Source: Patescibacteria group bacterium
GTDB lineage: Bacteria; Patescibacteriota; Dojkabacteria; J137
Assembly: GCA_016861265.1 (NCBI GenBank)
Contig: BOLA01000001.1
Location: forward strand, 75,569 to 139,568
Direction: 5' to 3'
DNA length: 64,000 nucleotides
Both the position numbers and the translations under genes were made by a program. Below the pieces are notes generated by a model. That model saw only the letters and a list, made by a program, of their open reading frames with translations, was not told the origin of the DNA and made no database searches. Positions 28,701 through 40,300 of this stretch are shown here, piece by piece. Numbering within the stretch: the stretch's first letter is position 1; each line of letters starts with the position of its first letter.

Positions 28701-30257
28701 CTGTGCTGCATTAATTAAGACTGATTGACTAACTGCTACTTTGCCACTTGAAGAAGTTGCAGTAAAGCTATGTAAACCAGATGTTCCCGAGAATATTAAT
28801 TTCCCGCTCAAATCAGCAACACCATTTACAAAATCGTTTGAACTTACTAACTGGTAACCCGAACCACCCAATCCCGAAAGAACTCCGTCTGCAGGATTTA
28901 CTGTAATAGTAATATTCTCCGATGCAGCATTAAAATCCTCCTTAATATTTAGGAATTGATCATAAGCTGAAATACTATTAACACCTGTAAATGCTATTTT
29001 ATTGTCTTGTGGCGAAGCTAGATTAAAACTCAAACTATTGAAGGCTCCACTCCTAACAATAATATTTTGGGTTCCGTTAACCCAATCACCCTGAGGAGGA
29101 TTTGTTTTATGAGCAGTTAAAGTCCAACCGCTCAAATTTGCAAGTTCGTCATAGTAACAAAAATGTGCTGTTGAATTTCCGGATGTAATTAAAACAGTGT
29201 TAATTATATTAGATGTACAAGTATTATCAATTACTTCGAAGAATGTTTTATTGCCATTAGTAGAGTTGGAACTTAGTTCAATGGTTGTATCGAATTGAAC
29301 GGGTGTATCGTTTCCACCTGCATCTCGAGTTTGAATTGTAATTACTCCGGAGGTTGTTCCTGCAGAAATTGTCTGCCCCTCTGTTGTGAATGCAATTCTA
29401 TCTGGATTAGGTATTAAAGGTGACATAGAAATCGATTCTGCACCCTCCCCCGTACTTTCTAAATAGTTAGGAGAGTGGGCATTCCATTCGAATCTAACCT
29501 TTAATTTATATTTATAATTATGTCCTAGAATAACTGAAGTATCGTTATAGTTTAATCTTTGGCCGGCATTCTGATTCACGGATCCAATCAATTCATAACT
29601 ACCTCCGTTATCACTTCTATAAATTGAGTAGCCAATAATAACTCCATTGGTTGTGCCCCCGTTCAGACCGGAGTTATTATCCCAAAGTGCATTCCAACCT
29701 ATATTTATAGAAGTAAATGTGGCCGAATCTAATTCGGGTTTTGGGATTTTTTCCATTACTGCATTTGCGGCAGCAAAATCAATTCCATTTGAGTTTAGGT
29801 CATTTTGTGTAATTGTTTTTTTAACACCGGCAACATACGAATCTCCACTCCACCCATTTAAACCAGCATAAGTTTCTAGCACAACAATCGAATTATCTCC
29901 TACACTCGCAACTGGATTCCATGAAGAGCTACCCACATCGAATAAGAAGTAAGCAGGATCTTCAGCGCTGGCGTAACCCGCTGGATAAATTCTATTGTTA
30001 CTAGGTTTATTAGATGCAACTGCAGGTACATTTAAATTAGATCTGTAAGCAATTGCAGTTGCAAAACTATTTGGAGATTCATTATTTCCATTAATAGTAG
30101 TTGTGCCATCGGTGTATTTAACTATACCCATTAAATTAAATATTGATTCAGCCGATACATGTAGTATTCCAGCGTTTGTAATTGATAGTAAGACAATACT
30201 AACTACTGTTAATTGTCTTATTCCCGCTATTAAGTTTTTAAAAACTTTATTATTCAT
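25752..30257 (-). CDS. Large (1501 aa) secreted/surface protein with FN3- and Ig/Big-like repeats and a Pro/Thr linker
   Basis: Signal-peptide-like N-terminus; GYSIYRS..Y.D (FN3); YVSGNNQ..L.DPL.V (Big-1-like); repeated ITA.D.F.N....G.K.L.Y.G units. Confidence 0.85.
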   Translation of the reverse strand: MNNKVFKNLIAGIRQLTVVSIVLLSITNAGILHVSAESIFNLMGIVKYTDGTTTINGNNESPNSFATAIAYRSNLNVPAVASNKPSNNRIYPAGYASAEDPAYFLFDVGSSSWNPVASVGDNSIVVLETYAGLNGWSGDSYVAGVKKTITQNDLNSNGIDFAAANAVMEKIPKPELDSATFTSINIGWNALWDNNSGLNGGTTNGVIIGYSIYRSDNGGSYELIGSVNQNAGQRLNYNDTSVILGHNYKYKLKVRFEWNAHSPNYLESTGEGAESISMSPLIPNPDRIAFTTEGQTISAGTTSGVITIQTRDAGGNDTPVQFDTTIELSSNSTNGNKTFFEVIDNTCTSNIINTVLITSGNSTAHFCYYDELANLSGWTLTAHKTNPPQGDWVNGTQNIIVRSGAFNSLSFNLASPQDNKIAFTGVNSISAYDQFLNIKEDFNAASENITITVNPADGVLSGLGGSGYQLVSSNDFVNGVADLSGKLIFSGTSGLHSFTATSSSGKVAVSQSVLINAAQATHLSVNVPNTVTAGQQFDIISITALDEFNNVDTSFNGNKLVSYSGASNGPTGTLPVFTTGVNFTNGVSTTALNTILVKAETINLNVQVDDLSGTSNQFTVNPGIAAYYTINSPTSAIAGVDFNIDSITAYDNLGNVDTNYNGLKTLQYTGASNGPSSGSPTFTTAVEFQNGISVTPLATQLVKKESIQLTISDGTISGTTSYINVAPGEVGSIEYVSGNNQTATINTFLADPLVVSVKDLFGNPKNNYPVSFVITKGDGYLSIDNPITNSDGVASQTFRLGSIAGVDSDEVQAQIIGANGSPVIFKATATPKNPTNLVIQSPANVVAGQEFQLSLSVLDEEGNAIPDYSGVKLLDYSGASISLNNINPTLTTSVEFVNGAATVPITLVKAESVLLSISITEDNLTGTSEPINVSAAATKNFQIVAPSTVQSGVSFNLVSVKTIDEFANLSSDYFGTKTLIYSGPTQDPVSGNTPTYTTSVEFANSEATTTLTTTLYKAETIAITLKDGTIEGTSNEITVTYADYVLYYVSGNNQMGVAGQLLQDPLKVIVLDNQGRPALDKTVVFTVTTGNGSVAVPNTVDELTGEVSTVWTLGTAVGNQSVVASVEGVTTTITFNADAVADSASIITISPLSIATYAGYSTEAINICLKDQFGNQVVTNLPRTINLNSSSNSGEFATIVAGPWGINTADIQTGQSCVNIYYKDSTSGNFTFTASGNALTPATSTIVVAALTPTTIVVNPSSFTVNENNNQQLTAVVYDQFNQSMTNVSLIWEMANSNAGTITQNGLYYPVRTAGTYQNAIKVSFAGVIAYSTPTVTTNPVPVEPTQPQQPVITPQQPQITPTVPVTVPNVPTTPVIIDVDEGYFSDDEGTVPITVDVPVVAILSPRQGSLILSNGHVSISGTSIPNQIVVVKDEQNNILGSVTSDKNGYWKIFVSRNKFATDQGKVTATVYNTNVSTAPLTFDFKPRSFVEYIYDLIFSN

Positions 30258-31294
30258 TAACTTAAGTTTGTATTAGCAATCCCTTTAGCAAAAGGATTAT
30301 TTAAATTACTTTGTGATTCATTTACTGGCATTTGAACCAATGGGTGTTGTATTGAATTAGAATTCACTTGTTGTCCGGACATTACATTTTGCGTTGGAAC
30401 TGGGTTAGTTAATACCTGTGACTGAGCCGGTTGAACAACTGGTGCAGGTGTCTGAATAGGAACAACAGGTCTAGTTTGTACTGTTTGAACTGGTAGTTGT
30501 TGTTGGGCCGGCATGGTAGCCTGTGGTGCCATTGTGTTTACCGGCTGAATAATTTGAGGTTGAGGCATTACTGCAACAGGCTGATTTAAACTATATACTG
30601 GTTGCGGCATGATAATAGCAGGCTGCTGCACTACCTGGAATGCGGGTTGCATACCAACATTTATAACTGGTTCGTTTAAAGGAACTATTTCCACAATATT
30701 ATCTTCAACTATTTCTCTGACAGGTATATCGCCTGCGGAAGTACGCAAAAATATTCTTCGTTTTTTATTTCCAGTAACTCTAAAAATAACTATTATTAAT
30801 GCAATTATTATAAATGCTAGTACAATTATGAATGTGGAACCTGGTATAGCAAACCAAGAAGTAGCACCGGTCTCGTCTGCAACAGTAAAAAATATTTTAT
30901 CGGTGCTTATACTGCCACTTGTATTGTTTTGAAATGCTGCAACAATTGAGTACTTTCCCGGTACCAAATTTTTAGAAGGAATATAAACCCAATCACCATT
31001 TCTATCACTGGTTGTGGTTGCATTTGTGATTAGATTTGGTTCGTGTACCTGAAACACTTTTGCGTAATCCTCATCTTGAATAGTTATTGTTATTAAGACT
31101 CCTGCTGGTGCCTTGCCTGCTACAGAAAAGCCTTCGGTAACAATTACCTGTGATTGCATTGGATTACTAATGGAAATTGTTAAAGGCGTGGAGGGATAAG
31201 ACACTGTATCTGCTGCCTCTATTTTTAATAATGAAAAAAAAGACAGAACAAAAGTGGCTATAAAAATTTTTTTAAGAAAGTTTTTTAATCTCAT
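30257..31294 (-). CDS. Single-pass membrane protein with an extracellular Ig-like domain and a Pro/Gln-rich cytoplasmic tail
   Basis: Signal peptide, SDRNGDW....L.PG.Y Ig-like motif, TM followed by KKRR, QP-rich tail; stop overlaps the next start (TAATG). Confidence 0.8.
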   Translation of the reverse strand: MRLKNFLKKIFIATFVLSFFSLLKIEAADTVSYPSTPLTISISNPMQSQVIVTEGFSVAGKAPAGVLITITIQDEDYAKVFQVHEPNLITNATTTSDRNGDWVYIPSKNLVPGKYSIVAAFQNNTSGSISTDKIFFTVADETGATSWFAIPGSTFIIVLAFIIIALIIVIFRVTGNKKRRIFLRTSAGDIPVREIVEDNIVEIVPLNEPVINVGMQPAFQVVQQPAIIMPQPVYSLNQPVAVMPQPQIIQPVNTMAPQATMPAQQQLPVQTVQTRPVVPIQTPAPVVQPAQSQVLTNPVPTQNVMSGQQVNSNSIQHPLVQMPVNESQSNLNNPFAKGIANTNLS

Positions 31295-31364
31295 TCTTTT
31301 AAATCAGCCTATCAAAATAATATATCAGAAATACCATGTAATAACAATTTTCTCGATTGTAATA

Positions 31365-34300
31365 CTACTTATTCGGATTAATAATTAGATATGGATTCCA
31401 AATAATATTCGATGTTCCGCCCGACAAATTTATTGAAATTCCATCACCAGGATTTATTGCAAAGTCACTGCCTTCCCATATTCCCAAACTACTATTAAAT
31501 GTGAATGCTTCAACGCTCTGAGTTGTAGAATTCCATCTGTAGACTGCATTAATCTTCTGATTTGTATTTAATGCTCCCTCAATATTACTTACAATTTCCG
31601 ATGCATTTGCGTAAATGGTTGAGTATGGCAGAGATAGCCAATTTCTATTTGGTTTATCAGCATTAGCATTGAATGTTAGCTGGGCCGAAATATCATTGCC
31701 TGCAACAGTCCAATTAAAATTACTTATGTTTCCAGATAATATTAGCGATATTCCATCACCAGCATTAATACTAAAGTCACTACCCACCCACTTGCCTAGT
31801 AGCGGATTATATTTAAACGATTCAACATCTTGGGAATTAGGTTTCCACAATGTAATCGTATTTATTTTTTGATTAGTGCCTGAACCTGTACCACCTTCAA
31901 TTTCATTAACTATATCCGAAGCCTTGGTATATGTTGATTCGTATGGAATAGAAATCCAATTTGTATTTGCCAATGTTGAATTAAATCCATAACTTCTTCT
32001 TTGTGAATATACAAGAGTTGAATACCCGCTTTCGCCTGATTCATTCTCGGCTCTTAGAATAAAGTAGTAAGTACTGTTCGTTAAGTCCGATTCTACCTGA
32101 GACCACGGAATAGAATATGTAGTTGCAGGGCTGTCAACAGTAGCCATCTTAACCCATGAGCTTGAATCGTCTACATCCACAAGTTGTGAAATTACCGCGT
32201 TACAGAATGGTTCTACTGCGCCATTGTCTCCAAATCTATGTGAATCTGCAATATCTTGAACTGTACAACTATCCTGGAATAGTTGAGTAAATCTATTCGT
32301 ACTTCTATATAAGTTATATTTGTTTGCATACTGTGCACTATCCCAGCTAAAGTTTAAGTTATACGTTTCACTTGCTGGTGCAGTTGAAGTTATTTCTTTT
32401 TGAATTGTAAAGTTTTTAACCTGCGCAGCAGGATTATTTTCAAAGAAGATATCGTTATTATTATCTTCAGCCACAATATTGTTAGAATTATCTAGTAATT
32501 TTGTGTATAGGTAATAAGGATTAACAACACTTAATCCGTTAGATGATAGTGTTCCCGAATATTGTCCGGTTGATGTTTTACTTAATTGTGCTAAGTTTTT
32601 TGAGTACCCAGTACCTACAACGTCACTACCATTATTGTCCTTTAGGTTGACAACTAGATTTGTTGCATCAGTGAATGCTCCATTTAATCTGGTTTGAATT
32701 GTAAATTGAATTGGTTGTCCTACATTAATATTATCTGGATTGTAATCAATTTTTGCAGTCCAACCTGAAACTGGGATATTTACTGTTTGAGTATTTGTAA
32801 ATGTACCATCGGTAGTAGTTGCCTGCACCTCGAGAGTATAGTTTCCAGTTTGTGCAGTTCCTGTAATATTAGTTACTGAATAGGAATTAGACACTACATT
32901 ACTTACATTATTTGTTTGCAATATACTTCCGTTTGTTCCTTTCCAGTTTATAACCAAATTGGATTGTTTTGGAGCATTAGTAATTGCATCAGTTGTTGAA
33001 ATTTGAAAGTCAGCCTTTGCTAAATATGCCCCGGTATCGTTCTTCGCATAAATAATTGGTGAATCTACATATGTATGAATATTTCCATTTACTTCTAAAT
33101 CTGTAGATACATTGATTAATACCGTATTAACAATTGCAGTGACTGCATCATTAGAAATTCCGCTATCATCTGCATTCCCTAACCAATCCGATGCTGTTAA
33201 TGTAAAGTTACCTGCTGTTGAATCTTTATAGTAAACATTAACAGCATTAAAATTTTGAGGGATTGTAAACACTCCGCTACTTACCCATGGTCCATTGGCT
33301 GATGCTGAATATTCGCCCGTGCCTGAGCTTGAACTTAATTTAATAGTGAATCCTCCAACACCCGCAATAGCAGCCTGATTATTTGAATCTCTTAACTGAA
33401 TAGTAATCGGAACAGATGCATTATCTCTTTGTACATAAAGTGGATTAGCAACTTCTTTAAACTTAACCTGAGTTGCTGGACCAGCAGCATTTGAAATTAC
33501 AGTAATGTTAGCCTGTTCACCTATTATTCCGTTGTTATCTGTTGCTCTCACATAATGTTCACCCGTCTGTGAGAATGCTACTCCATTAATAAATGTTTTT
33601 AGACCTTTATCTGCTGTAGTAAATGTATAACTTGGCGGCAACACGGCACCGGAATCAGATGAACTAAATGTTATTGTGCCTGTATACCAGTCCACTACAA
33701 AGTTTTCCGAATCTCTTGCCATTACAACAACAGAACTTGCATTACCTTGTACTTGAGGATCGGAAATGTTTGTTACAAGGAAGTTTTGAACAGTCTGTAG
33801 CGATACATTCACCGACAATGTTGCATTAGTCCAGCCTGTATCAGGAATAAGTGGCAATGAGTCAGCAGCGGTAATAGTTACAGGTGTAGAACTAGTATAG
33901 GTTGAATCCCTATAGTAAACAGATATTCCACTTTGACCAGTTGATATTGTTGCAAAGTTTACTCCCCAAGGACCTGTGGATGATAAGGCAAATTCACCTG
34001 TAGATGAAGACGACCTTAAGAATATAGTTCTATTCGATGTCACTGCTGTAGGATTCCCGTATTGATTTCTAGTTTCAATTTTTAGTTCGTTTGATGCATG
34101 CCTTGCTACCACCGTTTGAGGATTAGAATTATTAAATACAATTTGCGATATTATTCCCGGATCGATTGTTAGTGTACCTGTTGCATTAGTCCAAGCAGTG
34201 TCTGGGTTTGAAACTGCAGTATCTGAAACTGTTAATGTTGTACTTCCACTCTGACTAGATTTATAACAGAAATTAAATCTTGAACTTGAAATACTTACAT

Positions 34301-37300
34301 CTATTGATGTTATTCCAAATGTTGAACAGGCACTTCCATTCCATGCAGCAAATTGAGCGCCACCTAATGAGCTAAATAAATACAGGGTCTTAACTGATGT
34401 CAGTGGTATTTCAATTCCGTACTGATTCTTGAATGCCACAGTTAGTGCCGAAGAAGGAACACCAGCAATTAAAGTACCTAAGTTGCTTGATGGTTCAAAT
34501 GTCATTTGAGAAACATTACCAGCATTAATTGCTTGCATTTGAGTTGCATCTGTTATTGAATCATCTATACCTGGATTTGGGAACTGGTTACTAACTTTTA
34601 TTACAGGATTAGATGCAGGTGCAACATAAGTTGAATCTTTATAGTAGAACGAAATGGTAGATGTTCCGGAAGTCATTATCTTTTGGTATATTAAATCACC
34701 ACCTCCAAAGTTTGTGGAATTAGAGAATTGTCCAGTTGCAGATGTTGAGTATAAATAGAATGGTGTATCACTTTGCACTGTGGTTATATTTCCATAAACA
34801 TCTCTTGCCTGCACAGACATAATATTTGAAACCTGTCCAACGGTTAAGTTTTGTACTGTAGTTATAAATACAAGTTTAGACAATGCCTGTGACGCCACAC
34901 TAAATGTTTGAGTAGCATTTGTTAATCCCGAGTCTGGGTTTGGTGCCATAGTATCCGATGCCGTAACTGTAACACTCGAAGCAGAAGTGTCTTTGTAGTA
35001 CAAATCTACACCTGTGTTATTTTCTGCAATAGTGTACTCCGTTAGTGTTAAATCAAAAGAGCTGTCTAATGAGAATAATCCAGTGCCCGAGGTTGAAGAT
35101 AAGTAGACGCTTACGTCTTCAGGAGTTTGAACAATACCATTATATGTATTTAATAATCTTAATTGTAATTGCTTTGGTGAACCAGCTTGAACTGAAGAAT
35201 CCGCATTTATGAACGATAACTTTACTGCTGCACCCCAACTAATTACCTGAGTCTGCGAAGCATTAGTAATTCCAACATCAGGATTATCGAGTGATGACTG
35301 ATCACTTACTGTTATAAGTGCATTATTACTTGTTAAGTCTTTATAGTAGAAAATAAAATTACTTGAACCTGCATCTATAGTTCCGCTATTAATATTACTG
35401 TTGAATTCATTTGATAGTGCAAATTGCCCCTGATTTGAACTTGAATATAAGTAAATATTTGTATTTGTTTGGGCAATTGTTGGATTACCGAATATATCGT
35501 ATAGACCTACCGTAATTGCATTAGATGGTTGATTTACCTGTAAACTATTAGATGAACTTACAAACCTAATTGAAGATACACTACCCGACGTAACAAAGTA
35601 AGTTTGAGTAGCTGCTGTAAGACCTTGATCAGGTATTTCATCCAGTGTTAGTGTATAGCTTCCAGAAACAGTATCTTTATAATAGAAGTAAACATCTGAA
35701 TTCCCTGCAGTTAGTGTAATTTGATTAATCTGCTGCCAATTCAATCCGTTTTGCACAGAGAACTCGCCTGATCCAGTGGAACTTAGTTGCACTACTAAAT
35801 CTGTATCGAACACAGCCGCATTATTATACGCATCCTGTAATTCAACTCTAAATTGAGCAGATTCATTACCAGCACCTATACTTTGCTGAGTTGTTAAGAA
35901 TACAAAATGATCAGCAACATCAGCTACAAATTCAATATCCTGCGTAGTATCTGTTATTGAGTCGGTATCAAAATTTAGAGTAAAGGTACCGGCCTTTGTT
36001 GTTGTAAAGTATACATTTGTACTTGTTTGTCCTGCGGGAATTGTTGCAGTTACTATATCTGCAGCTTGTGTATCTGCAGTTGCCTTAAAGCTTCCAGATA
36101 ATTCAGGTAAAGTTGATAAGTTGATCTGTAAATCTGTTCCAAGTATTGCAGGCGTGTTATCCGTTTTGTATGCTTCGATAGTAATTACACCTGTTATCTG
36201 CCCCGCGATTATCTTATTGTCACCTGTGTATTCAATTGAAGTAATCCTTATTCCTTCTGCAGTTTGACCTAGCACATTTAAAGTTGTTACTGCATCAACA
36301 ATTCCTATATCAGGATTCAATACAGTTTGTGTATCTGTTGCCTGAATTACTTTATTGCCCGGCTGTGCATCTTTGTAATAGAAAACTGCTGTAGATTCTC
36401 CGTCTGCTAAGTTTAAGGTTAAAGGACTTCCACTAAAGCTAAGGCCGTCCTCACTTAAGTTTCCACTTATTGGTGAGTGTATATATACTGTTCTTGCGTC
36501 TGCATCCACAAAGTTACCATACTGATCTACTGTCTGAATTACAAACTGTGTGGAAACGTCTTCTGCTATTACAGTTAGTGGCTTAGCTAGGAATATTATT
36601 CTGCTATACGCAGCCGAATTTGTATCAATTGATTTAATACCATCTTCCCAACCCTGATCAACTAATGCATTAATTGTAATAGTTGCAGCACCGGCAATTG
36701 TATCTTTATAATAGATTGTCTTCTGATTTTGCCACTGCTCCATTGTTACCTCAGTTATTGACAACCATGGATTTTCTGCTATAGAGAACTCGCCCGTTGA
36801 ACTTGTTGTTTCTAATTTTAATACTGTTGAACTTTGTACCGATACTGGTATGTTCTCTGTATTTAGTGTCTGAATAGTTAGTGCTATAGGAACACCTGCC
36901 GATATAGTATTTTCGCCCTGGATTCCAATCTTACTTATTGTTCCGGATGTTACAGTTAAATCTTGAGTTGCAGAAGTTAATCCTGCCGAAGAAATAGTAA
37001 TAACAACGTCTCCTTCTTGTGAGTCTACATACTTAAAGCTTCTTATTGTACTTGTGCTTGCAAGAATATTAAATGTAATATCGTTAGTCCAGCTTTGCCC
37101 ATTATCGATTGAGAATCTTCCAGTTGTGCTACTGGAAGTAACCAATACCGTAGAATCGGCATTTAATTGTGTTTCGTAACCATTATCATCTGCTACAAAG
37201 AATTCAATGTTATCGGATGGCGTATTAACAAAAGTACTTTGTTCTTCTGTAGTGAATATTAATTTAGTGGCGTCACTTGCGACAATTGTAAAATCTAGTG

Positions 37301-40300
37301 TAATGTCGCTTAAGTTGCTAGCATTGTCAGCCACAGTTATTATTGGATTCCCTATTATCCAATCTTTATAATAGAAACTCGCTTGAGTTTGAGAATCTAA
37401 AATATTAACAGATGTTATAGGTGTCCATGGTGTGACGGTTGCTGAAAACTGATATTGACTACTATCAGAAGATAGATTTAATGTTAGCGTACTTGATGGT
37501 TTTGCCACATTACTATATTGGTCGTACAATACTACATTAATTACTCCTGAAGCTATTTGTCCGGCAACGGTTTGAGGTGTATTTGGTACAAATGCCATTG
37601 AAGTAGGTTCGCTTGCTGTTATTATTACGTTTTGGCTACTACTCTGTAATCCGCTAGCAGAAACTGATATTTGTTTTGTTGAGGCAACTGTATCTTTATA
37701 ATAGAATCTTGCATCATCAGCTCCAGATAATACATTTACTGAATTAACATTCCATGGTCCAGAATTAGCTAAAGCAAATTGTGCAGTAGCTTCCTCTGAA
37801 CTTAAATTTATTGTAAAGTCTGCATCGGCTATTGTGTAATTACCGTATTGATCTCTGAATTTAATTATGAACACATTAGACGATTCGCCTGCTGTAACAG
37901 TCTGGATTGCATTGTTAAAGACTAAACTAAATACATTAGTAGGAGTCAAATTGTATGTAATTGAGTCCGAAGTAAGTCCGCTTTTAGCTGCTGTAATTGT
38001 GGCACTTCCCGATATAGTATCTCTATAGTAGAAAGTTATTGAAGATATTCCATTAGGAACGGTTACGTTAGTTAGGTTAAATGCTCCGTTTGGATTTGTA
38101 TCAAATTCTCCTGTAAGGCTTGATGAACTGAGTGTAATCACTGTATCTCCAACTGCTGGAACAACTTGATCGTACTGATTTAATAGGTTTAATGTTACTT
38201 GAGATGGCGTTCCCACTTCTAAATCTAACGAAGAAGTAGAGATATCTATTTTTGCAGGGTTACCATAAGTGATATTTATATTTTTACTTGCATTCGTAAG
38301 GCCCTGATCAGGAGAATCCGGGTATACAAAATCAGTTATTGTAATTGTAGATGTTCCCACATTAAAGTCCTTATAATAAATTGGAACCTCAAATGAATTT
38401 GCAGGAATTTGAATGCTTGTTATTAAATTATTTGTAATGTTATAAAATTCACTATTTGCAGATGATGAATGAAGATAAATTGTGGTGTTTCCTGTAACAT
38501 TACTTGTATTACCATATTGATCCTGAGATTGAATAAATATTCCATTACTCTTCTGCCCTGTATTTAATCCTGAAAGTACAGAATCCTTAAATGCAAGTTT
38601 ACTTGCCGCTGCTGCTGTTACTTGAATATTTCTAGTTGCGGTTGTAAATCCTGATTTGATTCCACTTATTATTGATGTGCCTGCTTTTGTATCTTTGTAA
38701 TAAAAGTCAACATAATTTTGATTCATAGGAATAACAACCGAAGTCACTGTTCCATCAAATGTACCAGCTTGAGTTATGTCGAATCTTCCACCTGTACTAT
38801 TTGTTTGTAAATCGATAGCAAATGCAGAAGGCACAGGTATATTAACGTTACCAGCGTTGTAGGTTCTAATTGTTAACTTATCTAATACATTGCCTGCTGT
38901 AATTGATGTAGAAGTTGCAGTAATTGCATAGCTTGTAACATTTCCTGCAACAATGTTTTGAGATTGAGTATCTCCAGTAATTCCACTGGAAGTTAACGTA
39001 ATTGTAGGAGTTCCAATATTTGTGTCCTTATAAAAGAAGTTCTTATTATTTTGTCCAGAATTAATTGTTACAGAAGTAATGCTGCCATTGAATGCACCAT
39101 TACTTGCAGTATCGAATCTTCCACCAGCGCTCGAACTCGATAGATTTATTACTCTATTAGATGGAGCATTGGCAATATTATTATATTGGTCGTATAAAGT
39201 AATAGTAATTGCTCCAGTTGCCACACCTGCATCCGCTGTTTTACTTGTAGAACTAAATTTAACACTTGCAGGGGCAGCAGCAGCAACCGTTACGTTTAGT
39301 GTCCCGTCGGTTAGTCCAAATTCAAAAGATGGATTATTATCATCGGAAACTTTTATTGTCGAAGTCCCGGACTTTGAATCCTTATAGTAGAAAGTAAATC
39401 TACTTTGACCTGCACCTAGAAGATGTTCTGTTATTGCATTCCATGGTGTACTTAACAATGAGAATTCTTTAGTTGAACCCGTTGAGTTAGTATATAGGTA
39501 TAATTGCAAATCGTTTTGAGTTGGTATTTCCACTCCAAATGTATTTTTTAACGCTGCCGTAAGTGGTCCTGCTGCAACCCCTGCTGTAGCATTATAGGAA
39601 TTTTCTATAATATCCAAACTCGATGGCGAGCCAGTTAATACATTTACAGTAGTTTGAACATCGGTTATTCCTCCTGAACCGAACCCACCCACAGTATCTG
39701 CAATTGTAATTGTTTGAGTAGCAAAGTACTGATTTTGCTTAAAGTAAAAGTTTACTGAATCATTTCCGTTTGGAATAGTAATTGTAGTTACTGTTGCACC
39801 AAATGAAGTTGCAGAGAATAGTGCATTTGCATTGCTTGCGGACAGGTATATTGTTAACGGTCCGTTAGCAGGTGAAGGATTATTATTTGCATCCTGTAAC
39901 TGTACAGTAAATACTTCAGATGCTTCACCTGCTACCACTTCGGATGGTGAATTTAGTAAAACTATTTTTGATGGTAACCCTGCTGCAACATTAATTGTTT
40001 TAGAATCATCTAATAAACCCGTAGCTCCATCTGCAGGATTGGCATCGGAAAGTACAATATTTGTTGACCCGCTTACAGAGCTTTTTATATACACTGTTGC
40101 AGTTAAGTTTCCTGTTAGAATTTTAGTAGATAAAGTATTACTAAAGCCGCTAACTCCATTTTCAGAGAATAGTATTGAATTGTTGCTTGAAGTTAAATAT
40201 ACAGTTTTATCTTGAGTTGCTGTTAAATTATTGCCAGCAATATCTTGCATAGAAATGCTTATTGCATTCGATACCACATCAGAAGCAATACTGTTTGGCA